A DNA stretch of 64,000 nt from Octopus bimaculoides (GCF_001194135.2 NC_069005.1:30863922-30927921); one strand, 5' to 3'. Shown: positions 12,600 to 27,434, counted from the stretch's first letter. Notes: generated by a model from the sequence alone, not told the origin. Program-made: numbers and translations.

Positions 12600-12763
12600 T
12601 AGGGAGTGGCTGTGTGGTAAGTAGCTTGCTTACGAACCACATGGTCCCGGGTTCAGTCCCACTGCGTGGCACCTTGGACAAGTGTCTTCTACTATAGCCT
12701 TGGGCCGACCAAAGCCTTGTGAGTGGATTTGGTAGACGGAAACTGAAAGAAGCCCGTCGTATA
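12600..12763 (+). mobile_element. tRNA-derived SINE family A (young copy)
   Basis: gtggctgtgtggtaagtagcttg..gggttcagtccc..gggccgaccaaagccttgtgagtggatttggtagacggaaactgaaagaagccc. More than 15 related copies in the window, e.g. 8834-8975, 29280-29400, 32480-32640, 47300-47465, 51875-52030, 60457-60600 (+); 16385-16520, 21693-21820, 30840-30950 (-). Confidence 0.85.
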
Positions 12764-13551
12764 TGTATATCTATATATATGTGTGTGTGTGTGTATATGT
12801 TTGTTTGTTTCATTCATTCAGTCAAATGACTAAAACAAATAAATGATTAAAAGAATATATAAAGATATATGTCCACCTTTATACATACACACATAGGGTA
12901 AAGTGTAAGGACTTACTTTGATCATGGCTGACCATGGGGTTGCACCTAGAAAGTTCCCCTCCGAGGCACAAGTCCAGGCAAGGTTGTTTATGGAAGACCA
13001 GCCATTGCCCATGCATACCAGCCTCCCTTCTCCATGCCACTGATGTTATCCAAGGGAAACACAGACGCAAATGTCTTATCATTAAACATCTACTTTCTAT
13101 GCTGTCTAATGTTGAATGGTTTCATAGGAGCTAATAATCCAGAAGACTGTGAGAACTCTTTTGTTTGCTTTGGCATGGTTTACTATGGTTGGATGTCCTT
13201 CCTACAACACACACACACACATATATATAATATAAGACCTCCAGTAAAAAGAAGAATCTAAGCTATGCTCTTCCATTCAGATATGTCTGATGAATGCTAA
13301 TTTATCTTTGCACACTTGGATGGTTCTTTGACATGAAACTGTTTAATAACGTGGATTGGCTGTTATGAGACTAAATTTATGGGTATACCTCAAATGTTTA
13401 TTTAGTTATGTTATATATTATATTAAATAATATATATATTATATTATATATGTAAAATGCATATATGTATATATGTGCACACGTATATACACATATTCAT
13501 TACATATATATATACATATAAATATATAATATACTATATGTAATATGTGTG

Positions 13552-13594
<43 letters not shown>

Positions 13595-14176
13595 GCACAA
13601 ATACACACACATATATTACGTAAATATATGTATACACGCACTAACACAAATATATGTATGTGTACATTCTGTATGTGTGTGTGTGTGTGTGTGTGGTTTG
13701 TGTATGTGTGCACACACATGGAATTAAGTGTGTTGGCTTTATTCGTTAGTGTCAATAACTGAAGGGAGTTTACTCCTTCATAGATATGTGTGTGTGTGTG
13801 TGTGTGTGCTTTACCTTGAAGCTCATTTTATTTAGACAGTTTTAGATATTAAATTAAGTTATGTAACCCTAAACCCAGTTTATTACCCATACATGGAGAT
13901 TTCTTGCTTGAATCTATGCTGCTGATGTATTTTGTGAATTAGATATTATCTGTCATATGTTTGTGTGTGTGTGTGTGTGTTTATGTGTGCATCTCAAAAG
14001 TCTTTATTCAATTAGTTGACGTATTATATTAAATTATATAATAAATACACACACACACACACACGCATGTGGATGTATGTTTGTATATGTATACATATAT
14101 ATATATATATATATACATCCCTTTTGGGATGTGATATTCGGGTGCCTTCGCATAAGTACCATATTCAAGCCTTGAA

Positions 14177-14211
<35 letters not shown>

Positions 14212-14282
14212 TCCTTTGTATATGTACACATATACGTGTGTTTATATATCTATATATATTATATACATGTGTGTGTGTGTGT

Positions 14283-14316
<34 letters not shown>

Positions 14317-14955
14317 GTTCCACCCATGCTAGCATGGAAGGCGGATGTTAAATGGTGATGATGATGATAATATGAGTATGTACATATATATATATTTATA
14401 TGTATGTATATGNNNNNNNNNNNNNNNNNNNNNNNNNNNNNNNNNNNNNNNNNNNNNNNNNNNNNNNNNNNNNNNNNNNNNNNNNNNNNNNNNNNNNNNN
14501 NNNNNNNNNNNNNNNNNNNNNNNNNNNNNNNNNNNNNNNNNNNNNNNNNNNNNNNNNNNNNNNNNNNNNNNNNNNNNNNNNNNNNNNNNNNNNNNNNNNN
14601 NNNNNNNNNNNNNNNNNNNNNNNNNNNNNNNNNNNNNNNNNNNNNNNNNNNNNNNNNNNNNNNNNNNNNNNNNNNNNNNNNNNNNNNNNNNNNNNNNNNN
14701 NNNNNNNNNNNNNNNNNNNNNNNNNNNNNNNNNNNNNNNNNNNNNNNNNNNNNNNNNNNNNNNNNNNNNNNNNNNNNNNNNNNNNNNNNNNNNNNNNNNN
14801 NNNNNNNNNNNAATGTATATATACATAAATATATATGTATTTATATATTTATATGTATACGTTTATATATATATATATTCATTCCTTTTCTGTAATTTCT
14901 GCAGTGCTATTTACCTTCTTTCATCTTAATTATGTCTTCGTGTTCCATTTCATAG

Positions 14956-15033
14956 AACTCTGACCCAGAGCACAGGAAAATCATTTGCAAAACTCTGAGG
15001 TTTTTGGCGCACTACCACGGTGCTACCCTGCAG
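14956..15033 (+). CDS. DYNC2LI1: DYNC2LI1 exon (78 bp; NSDPEHRKIICKTLRFLAHYHGATLQ)
   Basis: ttccatttcatAG acceptor, cag|GTTGGT donor; ICKTLRFxAH motif. Confidence 0.95.
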
Positions 15034-15428
15034 GTTGGTCGAGCATATCATTTCATAGAAATATCCTTCTCAACTCCACCCCTCACCGACCCAACATCTA
15101 ACCCCACCCGAAAAAAAAAAAAACACCACCACCACTACCACCATATTTATTCTGCCGTCCATTCCACCTACACTTACCAATTGTTGGAACAATGCCCTCT
15201 ATTCATTCCCCTCCTTGCCTTTGATCTCAAATTTCTCTCGTTAAACATGTTTCTGTTTATTTCTTTGTGTATTTGTTTGTGTATGTATGTATGTGTGTGT
15301 GTATGTATGTGTGTGTGTTTTGTTTCGTTTTGGTTTATTTTGTGTTTTTCTTTTAATAATGGCTTTGTTTATTTCTGGTTGTTGTTGTTACATTACTGCT
15401 TAATGGAATATAGAATGTGTATGTATGT

Positions 15429-15479
<51 letters not shown>

Positions 15480-15884
15480 TCACCATCATCATTTAACATC
15501 CACTTTCTATGCTGGCACACACATTCATTTCATACATAAATATATATAGATAGATAGATACACATATGCATACACTTACTGAATGAGGGTAAAATACTCA
15601 ATACAGAATGTAGAGTATAGGCATTTTAACTTGGTTTGCTGAAATCAACCTGTGGATTATATATATATATACATATATATNNNNNNNNNNNNNNNNNNNN
15701 NNNNNNNNNNNNNNNNNNNNNNNNNNNNNNNNNNNNNNNNNNNNNNNNNNNNNNNNNNNNNNNNNNNNNNNNNNNNNNNNNNNNNNNNNNNNNNNNNNNN
15801 NNNNNNNNNNNNNNNNNNNNNNNNNNNNNNNNNNNNNNNNNNNNNNNNNNNNNNNNNNNNNNNNNNNNNNNNNNNNNNNNNATA

Positions 15885-16165
15885 TATGGACTGGCTTGTG
15901 TGGGTGGCACATAAAAGACACCATTTCGAGCGTGGCCGTTGCCAGTATCACCTGACTGGCCTTCGTGCAGGTGACACGTAAAAGCACCTACTACACTCTC
16001 TGAGTGGTTGGCGTTAGGAAGGGCATCCAGCTGTAGAAACTCTGCCAAATTTAGATTGGAGCCTGGTGTTGCCATCCGGTTTCACCAGTCCTCAGTCAAA
16101 TCGTCCAACCCATGCTAGCATGGAAAGCGGACGTTAAACGATGATGATGATGATGATGATGATGA
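15885..16165 (+). mobile_element. SINE/retroposon family B with (GAT)n tail
   Basis: taaaagcacc.actacactctc.gagtggttggcgttaggaagggcatccagctgtagaaac..aacccatgctagcatggaaagcggacgttaaac(gat)n. Near-identical copies at 40320-40460 and 47810-47990 (+) and 36890-37240 (-); older copies at 4200-4400, 17270-17480, 21260-21400, 26190-26400. Confidence 0.8.
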
Positions 16166-16568
16166 TGTATATGAGGAATAGAATATTTTCCATTGTGTAC
16201 AATATAGTACATTAGTAATAATAACAATATTAGTCAGAAGAAATGAAGGATTTGTTTCATAGTTTATTGAAGTCTTCAAGTTTTTCAAGAAAATGAAATG
16301 GAATGAAATCAAATAGAATAAAATAATGGAGAATAATTTATGCTATTACTTTTAAGAATGTGACAAGCTTCTTTAAGTTTCTCTGTTCCAAATTTGCCCT
16401 CAAGGAATTGGGTTGTTCTTAAAGCTACAGCAGAAGGTACTTGTCCTTAGTGGTGTGCAGTGGGACTGAACTCAAAACGAGTTTGCTGAGTAGCCTTCTT
16501 CTTAACCACACAGCCAAGCCTGCCAGTGTATCTGTAAAAAAAAAAAAAAAAAGGAAAAGAAAAACTCA

Positions 16569-16783
16569 ATGGGATGGTCATGATAAGATTGTCAGTCCTA
16601 AATAACAATAAACGGGATGGTCACGATAAGATTGTCAGTCCTAAATAACAATAAATGGGATGGTCACGATAAGATTGTCAGTCCTAAATAACAATAAATG
16701 GGATGGTCATGATAAGATTGTCGGTCCTAAATAACAATAAATGGGATGGTCATGATAAGATTGTCAGTCCTAAATAACAATAA
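16569..16783. repeat. 43-bp minisatellite, 5 near-perfect copies
   Basis: Unit atgggatggtcatgataagattgtcagtcctaaataacaataa, only 1-2 substitutions per copy. Confidence 0.95.
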
Positions 16784-18578
16784 ATTGATTATCAGTGCAT
16801 CTTCTGTTTGTCTTTGTTACCAATTGACGTTAAAGTATCAGGTGTGGGGCGGGTAATGGCAGGATGTATTGATTTTTGTTTTTACTGGGCAAACAAAATA
16901 AAATAAGATAAATATAAGAATAATAGAACAAAATAAAAGGTATAACAAAAATAAATAAAAAAAATATATTTCGAAGAGAGTTAAAATGATAAATTAAAAG
17001 TTTGTAAATGAAATAAAATAAATATCATTTTTTTTTTCATTTGTTTTGCTGATCACGTGGGTAAGAGTTAAAGACACACAGAGTTTTGAAACCAATCTTA
17101 ATTAGCGTTGGTCATCTCGGTCGTTTAAATAAATTGATTAAATATTTGTGTTTTGTGTTTTTACCGATGGTTTATTCTGGAGCATTCCAATACAAATTTG
17201 ATATCATCATCATCATCATTGTCATCATCATCGTCGTCATCATCATCGTCGGCATCATCATGATTATCATCATCATCATTATCGACATTTAACGTCCATT
17301 TTCCATGCTGGCATGGGTTAGATGGTTTGACAGGATCTGGCAAGCCGTAGGACTGCATCAAGCTCCAATATCTGTTTTGACATGGTTTTTCTACAGCAGG
17401 ATGCCCTTCCTAACACCAACTCCCTTTTTTTACAGAGTGTGCTGGGTGCTTTTTACATGGCATTGGTGAGGTTGCCGAGTACTTTGCCAGGCAAGGAAAC
17501 AAAAACAAGAAAGAAAAGAGAAAAAAGAAATAGCAAATGCCTCGTCTTGTAAGTGGGTGGAGTTTATATTTGAGAGAGAGAGAAGGTTTCAATCTGATTT
17601 GGCATGGTTTCTACAGTTGGACGCCCTTCCTAACACCAACCACTCCAAGAGTGTATTGAGTTTCTTTATGTGCCACTGGCATGGGTACCAGCTGTGTGAC
17701 ACCAGTATCTGCCATGACTACTATTTCACTTGGCTTGTTGAGTCTTCTTCTCAAGCACAGCACATTGCCAAAAGTCTCGGTCATTTGTCATTGCCTCTGT
17801 GAGGCCCAGCGCTCGAAGGTGCTTTTTATGTTCCACTGGCACCAGTCACGTTGCCCAAACAATATATTCATCTAACTCATACTAGCATGGAAAAATTGAA
17901 GGAAAAACAATAGCGTTTTTGTACAACAGTCTTTTTCTCTTTCATTCCATCTCTGTCTGCCTGTCTGTCTGCCTCTGTGTGTGTGTGTGTGTGTGTGTGT
18001 GCGATGTGTGTATAGGTGGAGGATTCTCTTAGGAACAGTATGTGTATGCATGTATGTATACATGTTTGTCTATGTTATGCTCTTAGATTTCTGTGTATGT
18101 GTGCATATGTATGTATGTGTGTATGTATATATACATATATATATGTATGTCTGTATATATATATCCATATATATATATATATATATATNNNNNNNNNNNN
18201 NNNNNNNNNNNNNNNNNNNNNNNNNNNNNNNNNNNNNNNNNNNNNNNNNNNNNNNNNNNNNNNNNNNNNNNNNNNNNNNNNNNNNNNNNNNNNNNNNNNN
18301 NNNNNNNNNNNNNNNNNNNNNNNNNNNNNNNNNNNNNNNNNNNNNNNNNNNNNNNNNNNNNNNNNNNNNNNNNNNNNNNNNNNNNNNNNNNNNNNNNNNN
18401 NNNNNNNNNNNNNNNNNNNNNNNNNNNNNNNNNNNNNNNNNNNNNNNNNNNNNNNNNNNNNNNNNNNNNNNNNNNNNNNNNNNNNNNNNNNNNNNNNNNN
18501 NNNNNNNNNNNNNNNNNNNNNNNNNNNNNNNNNNNNNNNNNNNNNNNNNNNNNNNNNNNNNNNNNNNNNNNNNNNNNN

Positions 18579-18636
<58 letters not shown>

Positions 18637-20223
18637 ATTATATAATTATATAATTATATACATACTATACATGCATATCATATATAGATATAAATTACCT
18701 ATGAATTATATATAAATATACATACATATATATATATCTATGTATATAAAACACATATATAGATATAAGTTACCTATGAATTATATATGTGTGTGTGTGT
18801 GTGTGTGTGTATGTATATAATGCACACATATATAGATATAAATTATCTATGAATTATATATATGTATATATACATAGATATGCATATAACTTATGTGTAA
18901 TTTGTTATGGACTGAAGACAGCCATAAACCGTAGCTTTTAACTCAACATCCAGGTCTCGTAAACCAACCCATCTCTCAATCATGGTATTTTAAAAGACAA
19001 GCCAACTCTCTGCTATGGCCTTTGTTGTTATTGATTAGTTACGGTTAGCAAACGCTCCAACAGAGCTGTGACACAGCCTCTGGTGATCAAACATCCAACT
19101 ACAAACCCTGCTCTAACAACCACCACCACCACCACCACCACCATCACCCCCGTCACCACCACCACTACACTTTGTGCATCTTGGTATTAGATGGGTTAAC
19201 TTGAATGGTTCGCTTGGTATTCTTTTTGATGGTGTTATCGTATTATTTCCAGGTCAGCTATGTTTGAACTAACCTATGAGCATTCTGACCATAACCAATC
19301 CGGTTTTTTGCATAAACAGGATGGCCACAGGTATGTCTGGGCAGTCAAAGAAGTTTGCCACTTTGTAAGCACTGGTTACAGGTTTAATCCCACTGAATCA
19401 TAGAATCTTGACCAAATGTCTTCTAGTATAGCTTTGGGCTGAACAATGTCTTGTGTGTAAAATTTGATAGAAACTGTCTGTAAATCTGCATGTGTATGTG
19501 TGACCACATGTACATGTATGTGTTTAAATAGAAGTTAGATGATGTGGAAATAGTTAATAGAAAAGGACAAATAAACAGGGGAAACTTCTCATCAGCTATG
19601 GTGTCCAAATCAATGTAGTTTTGGTGCATTTAACCCATAGAACTACTCTTGAGAGTTCTGATGATTTAATTGAAGACAGTATAGTAAGAAGTATGAAGGC
19701 CTGAAAATATGCTGCTGTTGTTGCTGTTGTTGTTGTTACTGCTGCTGTTTAGCTATAGATCAACCCTGATGAAGCTGGCTTCAAGCTGTGACCATCCCAA
19801 TCTTTCCAGGGGTGTACAAGAATACAATATCTAATGTACCATTGCCATATTTAGGATGATAGGGTGGGATTTGAGGTGTGAATGGTGGATTTCGTTGCTA
19901 TTTCTTGTGTGTTGAACAACCACATAGAGGCTCTCTTGCTCATTGGTTAATGAAGAATCCTGCTGTTGTTGTTATTTTTTCTCTTGTTACAATGGCAAAT
20001 TGGCAGGATAAAATGCCTTGTGGTGTTTGTTTCAGATTTCTACCTTATGAGTTCAAACCCCACTGAGATCATTTTTGACTCATCTTTTCGGGGGTCATTA
20101 AAAAGGTACCGAGTCATGCTGAGAGATTAGTGAGGCTGTTAGAGGGATCAAGCAAGGTGCCCTGTGGTATTTGATCCCTCTCTACTCATCCTGACAGCAG
20201 TGCCCACAATAACACTGAAGAAT

Positions 20224-20555
20224 TTGGTGGAGTGGAGTACAACTGATATTGTATATCTGGTGGAGTGGAGTACAACTGAAATTGTATATTTGGTGGAATG
20301 GAGTACAACTGGTATTGTATATCTGGTGGAGTGGAGTACAACTGATATTGTATATCTGGTGGAGTGGAGTATAACTTGTATTATATATCTGATGGGATTG
20401 AGTACAGCTATTGTATATCTAGTGAAGTGGAATACAGCTTGTATATCTGATGGAGTGGAGTACAACTGGTATTGCATATTGGAATGAAGTACAGCAAGTA
20501 TTGTATATCTGGTGGAGTGGTGTATAACTGGTATTGAATAGCTGGTGGAGAGGAA
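20224..20555. repeat. 33-bp minisatellite, about 10-11 copies degrading 3'-ward
   Basis: Unit ctggtggagtggagtacaactgatattgtatat. Confidence 0.9.
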
Positions 20556-21210
20556 TTTAGCTCAGTACTTGAGTCTCTGCTAACCTAACACTTCTTTCTG
20601 TCTTTGTTAAGCTTTTAACCGAGAAATCTATAATGATATAATTTCAATATGTGTGTGTGTGTGTATGTATAAATGTATAAGTTTGTGTATGTGTGTGTGT
20701 GTGGTGTATCGATTTTCTCTTTTCTTCCCATTGATTTGATAAAATGGGCTTTGTGTGTGTGTGTGTGTGTGTGAGAATTGTATTTGTAGATGAAGACTGT
20801 TATTTACAGGAGTGGCTGTGGTGCTCATGTGGTTGTGGTTGTTGTTGATGAAGATGGTGGTGATGATAATGATTGTGGTGGTGAAAGATGTTGTGGTGGT
20901 GGTGGTGGTGGTGGTGGTGATGATTGTGAATAATTTTAATGGCCATTATTAAAGACAGCACGAACAGTGCAACTTTTCACTGCATCTGTGATGTTAATCG
21001 TAGCTATAGTAGTAGTAGTAGTAGTAGTAACGGTGGTGGTGGTGGTGGTGGTGGTGGTGGTGGCGGTGGTAGGTAAGTTGAATGATGGCATGGGTGGGAG
21101 GAGGAGTAGCAGTGAGGATGGATGGATGATTGGTAAACGTTTGCAGGGGTGTTTGCTGTCTCATTGTGTTACAAATTCATCTTCATCATCATCACAATCA
21201 TCATCACAAT

Positions 21211-21242
<32 letters not shown>

Positions 21243-21990
21243 TCACCACCATCATCATCATCATCATTTAACATCCACTTTCCATGCTGGCATGGGTTGG
21301 ACGGTTTGACTGGAACTGGTAAGCTGGAGAGCTGCACCAGGTTCCAGTCTGATTTGGTATGGTTTCTACAGATGGTTCCTACAGGAGGCTGGCCCTCCTT
21401 CATTTGACTGAGTAATCTGAATGTCGAAGGATTCGAGTATTTAGTTTTTTAATTCCAAGAAACCAATTTTGACTAGAATTTTTCCATTTCTAAGACACTA
21501 ATATTGATTAAATTTTGCCCAGTGTCGGGAATCTAAAGTTAATTAATTATCAGTCATAATCATAATCATTGTCATTGTTTTGACATCCACTTTTGCCTGC
21601 TTCCATGGGTCGGACAGAATCTGTTGGGGCAGATGTCTTACCCATGCCAGCACGGAAAACGAATGCTAAATGATGATGCTGTTAATGATACAGTGGGCTT
21701 CTTTCAGTTTCCATCTATTCAATCCACACACAAGGCTTTGGTCTTCCCAGGGCTACAGTAGAAGATACTTGCCTAAGGTACCCTGCACCGAGACTGAACC
21801 CAAAACCATGTGGTTGTATAGAAGCCAGCGAACAAGCGAGCAAGCTAGCTTCTCAACCACACAATTTTCAAGAAGTCAATGCTGGGAAAATATTGCACCA
21901 TTTTTATGTCAGAAGTTTCAGCTCTGTTTTATACCCAGAAGAATATCAGACATATTAAAAATTGCGTGTTTGTTTTTTTGTTGTTTGTAG

Positions 21991-22070
21991 TTCTTCAGTA
22001 TCAGAGATAAATCCCTTGGCAAACAAATTGAATACTTAAAAAATCACCATTTATTTGGCAACCATTACCC
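21991..22070 (+). CDS. DYNC2LI1: DYNC2LI1 exon (80 bp; FFSIRDKSLGKQIEYLKNHHLFGNHY)
   Basis: tttttttgttgtttgtAG acceptor, cc|GTAAGT donor; phase 0 to 2 links the flanking exons; F..S..HxxFG pattern. Confidence 0.85.
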
Positions 22071-22299
22071 GTAAGTAAAAGCTCCTTTTCATCTCACTTT
22101 TAGTTCTGTCTTTCACTTGTTTTGCTCATTGGTCTGTGGCCATGCTGGGGCACCGTGTTCAAAGCTTTCAGTTAAACAAATTAACTCCATTACTTATTGT
22201 TTTGAAACCTGGTACTTCTTCTGTGTGGCCTCTTTCGCTGAGCCACTCGCTAGGTTACAGGAATGTAAACAAACCAACACCATTCGTCATGCAGTAGTA

Positions 22300-22337
<38 letters not shown>

Positions 22338-22581
22338 CACACATACATATTTTTTTACTTGTTTCAGCCATTTGATTGTGGCCATGCTGGAGCACCACCT
22401 TAAAGGGTTTTAACCAAAGAAATCAACCCCAGGGCTTATTCTTTGTAAGCCTAGTACTTACTCCATCAGTCTCTTTTGCCAAACCACTAAGTTATGGGCA
22501 TATAAGCACATCAGCATTAGTTGTCAAGTGATGGCAAGGATACAAGCACAGACACACACATGAATATATGCATGTATATAT

Positions 22582-22616
<35 letters not shown>

Positions 22617-22931
22617 GAAGGTTTGAAAATGCACTTATTTTAAAGATATTTATTTACTTAACCAGTTTCACTTTTTTAGAAAAAGATTATCAAAAGTCTT
22701 TGAGAATAATAGAAAATGTTAAAAAACAGTTTGAGTATTAAAATGCATATATACATTCTTTGATGATAATAAGAGGAATATATTTAAAGTATAAAGCTTT
22801 GTATGAGCTTTGTAGTGTTACATACTGATTATCACACATTCTCTGATAATAAGATGAAAATGTTAAAAACAGTGTAAGTATGAAAATACATATATGGAAA
22901 AATACATATACATATTCTTTGATAATAATAG

Positions 22932-22967
<36 letters not shown>

Positions 22968-23035
22968 GGCTTCTTTTAGTTTCCATCTACCAAATCCACT
23001 CACAAGGCTTTGGTTAGCCCAAGGCTATAGTAGAA

Positions 23036-23074
<39 letters not shown>

Positions 23075-23409
23075 GCAGTTGCTTTTAGTTTTCGTCTACA
23101 AAATTCAACTAACAAACAACAATTTGATCAAACTGCAAGGCCATAGTAGAAGACACTTGCTCAATATGGCCTGCAGAGGGACTGAACCTGGAACCATGTG
23201 TTTGGGAAGCAAAATTCTTACCACACAGCCACACCTGGACCTATATATTGGAGAACTAAGTTGGATGATATAATGTGTAGATGTAGGATGTGTGTATGTA
23301 CATGTGTATGAATGCATGTGTGAATACATGTGTGTATACTCATATTCATGTGTATGTTTAGTGTTGTGTATGTGTATATACTTGTGTGTGAAGCGGTTCC
23401 TTATATATA

Positions 23410-23476
<67 letters not shown>

Positions 23477-23704
23477 GGTGTATATGTGTGTGTATGTAAG
23501 TGTATTTGAGTGTCTGTATATCTGATGTGTGGTCTAGTGTGTGTGTGTTTGATGTTAAATTATGTGTGTGAGTGTGTATGTGTGTTTCAAATGCATTCAC
23601 ACACACAAATACATGTCATTTATACACCACCACACACACACATACACACACATAGAAATGCAACATTACCACCTGTCAAACATATACACACACACCTCAC
23701 CATC

Positions 23705-23735
<31 letters not shown>

Positions 23736-23831
23736 TCTATGTCTCTTACATACAAACACACGCACACATCTCTCCCCTACCCCGTGAAACATCGTTTTTG
23801 ATGTTAGTGTACACCATGTTGTACATGCATA

Positions 23832-23865
<34 letters not shown>

Positions 23866-24554
23866 GCAGCGGCAGTGAGTGCTACGAAGTTATATGAAGA
23901 AAGATGGGTTTTCATGTTATATCATTTGTTTGCCTTTGTTTCTCTGTGGCCGCGATGTGTACATTTGTGTCTATATATGCATCTATGTTGTGTGTGTGTG
24001 TCTGTTTACATATATGTGTATGTATCTGTGTGTGATTGTGTGTGTTTACATATGTGCGTACATTTGTGTGTATATATATATTTGTGTTTGTTCGTGTGTG
24101 TGTGTGTGTGTGTGTGTATACTTTTGCTTGTGTGTATATAGTATATATTTTTGTGTATTTTGGTCTCTATGCATTTATCTGTATATTTGTGTGTGTGTGT
24201 GTGTATTTGTGTGTATGTATTTTGTTTGTTTGTGTGTATGTATACATATATATTTTTGTGTGTGTGTATGTATGGATATATTTTTGCATGTTTATGTGTG
24301 TGTGTGTGTATATATTTTTGTGTGTGTTTGCGTCTGCATATGTATGTGCATGATTTTGCGTTTGTGTGTGTGTGTATATATATTTTTTATGTGTTTGGGT
24401 GTGTTTGTGACACACTTTGATGTTATATTGTAGATTTTGTTTGTGTGTGTGTGTGTGTGTGAGCATGTCTCCATCCAATACTATACATATGTATATATTT
24501 CTGTGTTTGCATGTATATATGTTTGTGTGTGACACTTCAATGTTATATTGTCGG

Positions 24555-24612
<58 letters not shown>

Positions 24613-24713
24613 NNNNNNNNNNNNNNNNNNNNNNNNNNNNNNNNNNNNNNNNNNNNNNNNNNNNNNNNNNNNNNNNNNNNNNNNNNNNNNNNNNNNNNNN
24701 NNNNNNNNNNNNN

Positions 24714-24773
<60 letters not shown>

Positions 24774-24781
24774 ACAAGTAG

Positions 24782-24812
<31 letters not shown>

Positions 24813-25182
24813 ATAAGTAGATCTATGTCTCCGTTGCTTTCTGTATTGACGTCACAGTTTGCAATTAAGAACTGCAGCAGCAGCAACTGTTGATGGCAAC
24901 CAACGCTTTAGGTGCTTTTACATACACACACACATACACACATACATACATACATACATACACACATACATCCATACGTACGTACATACACACATACATC
25001 CATACGTACATACATACATACATACATAACTCATACATACATATGTGTGTATGTATGTATATATATTTATATGTATTCTTGTACATATATATGTACATAC
25101 ATATACATCATATACATGTGTGTATATATTAATACACGTGTATATATGTACACACATATGTCTCTCTCTCTCTCTCTCTCTC

Positions 25183-25263
<81 letters not shown>

Positions 25264-25428
25264 GTGTTTATGTGTATATCTATCTTTAGATAGATAGATG
25301 ATATTTCTATTGAATTGTATAAAATTCTTTATATAACTCATCTTTATATCGAGTCCGCCATTGACTCTTCGTCCTCTTGAATGAAATCCACGACCGTCTC
25401 GTTATTGTCCATTCATGTGTGTGTATGT

Positions 25429-25474
<46 letters not shown>

Positions 25475-25976
25475 TCACACACCCACATATATATGTCCAC
25501 ATACGCACACATGAATGGACACTATATATCATCTTGATGATGATACATCCATGCATTCATATATATATAGGTGCAGGAGTGTCTGTGTGGTCAGTTGCTT
25601 GCTTACCAACCACACGGTTCCAGGTTCAGTCCCCTTACTATAGCCTCGGGCCAACCAAATTTATCCACAACAATTGGGGCTGTAGTAGAAGTCACTTGCC
25701 CAATATGCTTTTCAGCGGGACCGAACCTAATCCCATGTGGTTGCAAACCAAGCCTCTTAACCACATCTTTTCTTTCTTTTTTCCTGAGAAATGACCAACC
25801 CATCACTGCAATAATAAAAATAACCTTTTCCCTTACCCTTTCATTTTTCATGTCTTTCATTAATTCTTCCCTTTTGTTCATGCTCTCATTCTATCCCCTC
25901 ACATCCTACCCTGCTGCTGTTGCACAGACATGAAGCATTTCATTTAATCTCTTCTTTACCGTTTTCTTTATTACAG

Positions 25977-26047
25977 GAAGCTACATGAGGTGGATCATAA
26001 TAAACCTTTATCAGTTTATGTGGGACATGATTCCTTACAGTCAATTG
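25977..26047 (+). CDS. DYNC2LI1: DYNC2LI1 exon (71 bp; KLHEVDHNKPLSVYVGHDSLQSI)
   Basis: ttttctttattacAG acceptor, g|GTAAAT donor; VDxNKPL..GxDSxxxIG motif. Confidence 0.93.
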
Positions 26048-26820
26048 GTAAATTTCATACACTTGTTTTTTATCTCTATTTATTTGGTTCTCTCCTATAT
26101 GTACATACACTGCATCCTGTAGCAGAAACAACTGTAAGCTATTGAATGTCATTACATAATTTCTATTCCCTTGTTCATCACCACCATCATCATCATCATT
26201 TAATGTCTGTTTTCCATGCTGGCATGGGTTGGATGATACAGCAGGAGCTAGCTGGCTAGAGAGTTGGCCAGGCTCTGATTGTCTGTTCTGGCATTTTTCC
26301 GACAACTGGATGCCCTTCTTAATACCAGCCGTATTACAAGAGCATGCTGGATGCTTTTTATGTGCCACCTGAACAGGTGGCACTGGCATGAGTACATGTT
26401 ATGTGGCACTGGCATGAGTACATGTTATGTGGCACTGGCACTTTGAAATAGCTGCTACTTTTAGAGGGGCCACATTTATATAAATGATTTGTGAACATGC
26501 GCCCATTGCTTTATAATCACTAAACAAGATAAATGAAATCATATTAAGTAACGGCTACCAAAATATATCCATCTTCAACAAAAAAAAAGGTCCTAACTCA
26601 AAACATGAAAAACAACTACCAATTCCACGCGGGTGGGGGTGGGGGGGAATCATTGGCATCCACCAGAATTGAACTACTACCAACCAAATTAAACCTACAG
26701 TACATATACACTTATATACACACAAACACATACACACAAAAGACCCAAATAAAATAAAAACCTTGATCAAAAACATGCACACACAAATTTCGAAACTATT
26801 TTCTTGACCAAAACGAAATT

Positions 26821-26857
<37 letters not shown>

Positions 26858-27434
26858 ATAGAAGCATAAACAAAGATACCCATGAAGAATTACTCAACCA
26901 TGAATCCTTATACCAGCGCCAATGAAACACTCTCCACATTTTTCTATGAACAAATATCTCCTAATGAAAAAAAAACAAGGCTGACACAACACACACACAC
27001 ATATACATACATTACATACATAGACACATACATATCTACACACACACACACACACACACATTCTTCACAAACAATTAACACTGACAAATTTAAGAGATTA
27101 TTTCAGCAAATACACAAGAGACCAAAAGCGAATACCCTCCTAAAAAGAAAAAAAAAATCATTGAAAATAAAACGATAAAACAAAATACAAAACTCTTAAA
27201 CATGACCCTATCGAACAAATTCAAGCAAAAATAATAAAGACTGGGACACAAAAAGAAATAAAAAAAAAAAACAAAGCAGCCAATCAGGAGATATAAAGAC
27301 ATCAACCAACCAACCAACAAAAAAAAATAAACATAAAAGAACAAACCAATCAGCAGACACAAACAAAGGACTCAAACCCACACTGGTTTCAGTCATTGGA
27401 TTGCAGCCATGCTGGAGCAACTAATGTGTGGATG

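Noticed and set aside
12600-12665. tRNA genes (A/B-box containing heads here and at 1963, 47300, 62843)
   Set aside because: No complete cloverleaf; they continue into multi-copy SINE bodies, so they are tRNA-derived SINE heads
24848-24910. Alternative candidate for the exon between 15033 and 25977
   Set aside because: In-frame stop; 21991-22070 fits both phase and homology
6854-25341. ORFs rich in YI/CV/HT/II repeats (e.g. 6854-7255, 23879-24433, 24912-25289)
   Set aside because: Translations of (AT)n, (GT)n, (CA)n and (ATC)n microsatellites
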